Positions 61,791 to 64,000 of a DNA stretch of 64,000 bases are shown one piece after another. The notes under the pieces were generated by a model. That model did no database searches, was not told the DNA's origin, and saw only the letters and a program-made list of their open reading frames with translations. Each line of letters starts with the position of its first letter. Position 1 is the stretch's first letter. A program made the position numbers and the translations under genes. Source of the DNA: the human T2T-CHM13v2.0 reference genome, Homo sapiens; NCBI GenBank assembly GCA_009914755.4, contig CP086569.2, forward strand, positions 23,968,001 to 24,032,000, written 5' to 3'.

Positions 61791-61849
61791 GAAATTAACC
61801 TTGCAAAGAGACAAGAAGTTGGAGCCTGCAGTGAAAGATGTCTGAGTAT

Positions 61850-61975
61850 ATTAGAAACTTTTTTTTATATATGTTTTAAATAATTTATATTTTTTAAATA
61901 TAATTTTAAAAATTATATTTATTGTTTAAATAAATTTAACTATTTTTTAAACAAATTTAAAAAATTTGTATGTCC
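61850..61975. repeat. AT-rich low-complexity / simple-repeat tract
   Basis: 'ttttttatatatgttttaaataatttatattttttaaatataattttaaaaattatatttattgtttaaataaatttaactattttttaaacaaatttaaaaaatttg'. Confidence 0.7.
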
Positions 61976-64000
61976 GTGCCTCACCCCAAACCAACTAAAT
62001 CAGCTGAGGGCAGGGCTCAGAAGTCAATATTTTTTTTAAGGAAATGTTTGTCTTGTTACTCCAATATGGGGCCAAATTTGAAAATTGGTGCTATTGGTGC
62101 TATGGAGGCTTGCTACTCAGTGTATGTAATCCTCAGATCAGCAACTTCACATCACGCGGGTGCTGTAAAATCTCAGGTCCCATGCCAAACCTACTGAATC
62201 AGAGTCTGCATTTTAACAAGATCTCCAAATGGCTCATGTGCACACTGACTGACGGTCAAGAAACATTGCCATCGAGAGCGCTTGTCATAAACAAGTTGCA
62301 CCCCCCCTGGATCTGAGAATGCTTCACCTTATAAATAAATAGTCTACTTTCTCAGCCTTTCTTGCAGCTACATCTTGGGCAGGTAACCTACACAACAGCA
62401 GTGAGATGCACCCATCCCAAATTTTGAAGAGGGGACTGCTGATGCTGTAAAGAAGGGACTGCAGAGAATTCTTTCTGGAGAAGAGTATCAACAGCAGCAG
62501 CGGCAGCCATGGTATCGGTTAGAGCTGCGGTGGCCACTACTGTCAGTTGTGCAAGCCACGATGTAACTCAGTGCCCAGTGGTGACAGCTGAGGTTTCTTC
62601 ACTGGACAAGTTCTGCGGCACGGTTTTGTGTGTCATTCCTGGAGACAACCTGGCTCTTTGGTTCATTTTGAGATTCTGTGGGCTAGTTATCCAATAAATT
62701 TTAATAAGTTGTTCTCCTGTTTAAACCAGCCAAAACTTCTGTGACTATTGCTTGCAACGAAGCATCTTGACTACATTAGGTGATGAGTGAGGTTAGCCAG
62801 ACTGCTTTTAAAAAGAAGGTTAACAGCTAAAAGATTTATGACTCTTTACTGTGATTATGTAGCATACTGTCCTGCTATAGTGTCCAACCTTTACCAAGCT
62901 TCCAGTACACACACAAATGCCTTATGTCAGCGGTATTTTGTGAGGAGTGTCAAGGACACTGTCCGTTGCAACATGGGTCAGGGACAGCATGCTGATCCAC
63001 AGCAAGATGATATGTAGATGAAATAATTCAGTAGGAACAGTAGCTTACAGCCAAAAGTGACCTGGAAAAGCAAAAATCATGAGCTCAGTATGCCCAGCAA
63101 GATAGAAAGAAATATGTGCTATTCCCATTGCATGTTAGCAGATGTTTAAACCAATTCCATTTAAATCTCAGGGTATGGTGCCTCATCTTCTGTTGGACCT
63201 GTATTCGTGTGGTCCAGCATAGCAACACACATCTCGTGTACACTTGTGCATACTTACAGATATGTCTATCAACTGAGCAACATTGGCTTAAGCCCTGCCT
63301 GTTCACCTTTAATCCTACTACCTGCAATAATAGTTTATTCAGTCAAAACTTAAATCTCCTAAGCAGATTGTCTGAATTTTGGGATTGGTCTGAAGCAAAC
63401 GTGCATAATCTTCATGATGGCCTCTTGATTCTAAATATTAAATATTTAACTGAAAAATTATCAGTTTGTTAAAAGTAATAATATTGACACAAGGCACTGA
63501 TACTGATACGGTGCATACTATGTACCAGGCATTATTGTAATCATTTTACTTCTAGTTCATCTAATCCTCATAACAATACTAGGTGCTATTATTATCTCAA
63601 TTTTATGGAGAAGGAAGTAGAGGTACACAGAGGTTGGATAACTTGCCTGAGATCATAGTTGGTAGGCATCAGAGCTGTGATTTAAACCCAGTCAGACTTT
63701 AACATCTGAGTTCTCAACCAGTATGCTATATTAGCAAACTACATGGAGGAAGAAAGGGGTAATATAGTGGGACAAATTTATGTATTAAATGTCTTGTTCC
63801 CATGAGAGTAGCTAAACAAAGAAGCAAAACCACAAATCTAAGCCCTAAACAACACTATGGTCTGAATGTTTGCCCCCACTCAACCTCTCACCTGTACATA
63901 TGTTGAAACTCTAGTCCCTGGGGTGATGGTATCAGGAAGCGGAGCCTTTGGGAGATGAATTAGGTCCTAAGGGCAGAGCGTTCGTGAATGAATGATGGTA

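Overview
This window is human genomic DNA, not a prokaryotic locus. AluYb8 is present, along with many other Alu elements and an L1PA LINE. The ORF track's 'M' residues are often GTG/TTG starts. Almost all ORFs in the track are spurious.

Layout of the window:
- 1-3.4 kb: a cluster of five Alu elements in AT-rich unique DNA.
- ~4.7-38.4 kb: a large AT-rich (~33% GC) macrosatellite-like tandem array. The unit is ~2.39 kb. Interior units are organised into 4757/4780-bp two-unit higher-order repeats that are ~99.5-100% identical. Edge units are ~80-90% identical.
- 9941-15977: a full-length but dead L1PA element (+ strand) inside the array. It appears to have removed ~1 kb of one unit.
- 38.4-44.9 kb: a unique segment 'A' that ends in a truncated Alu fused directly to more array units.
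- 44.9-49.3 kb: ~1.8 further array units.
- 49.3-56.4 kb: a paralogous copy 'A'' that ends in the intact Alu. The two copies are ~100% identical over ~6 kb (37.35-43.34 kb vs 48.2-54.55 kb), then only ~85-88% identical beyond. Copy A' carries a human-specific AluYb8 insertion with a 16-bp TSD. Copy A retains the empty site.
- ~57.2-58.45 kb: a GC-rich CpG island with YY1-like and CCAAT motifs. It is probably the promoter or first exon of a flanking gene.
- Beyond that: unique DNA with an old Alu and an AT-rich low-complexity tract.

No rRNA, tRNA or CRISPR features are supportable. The most interesting system is the homogenised higher-order macrosatellite together with its rearranged, duplicated flank.
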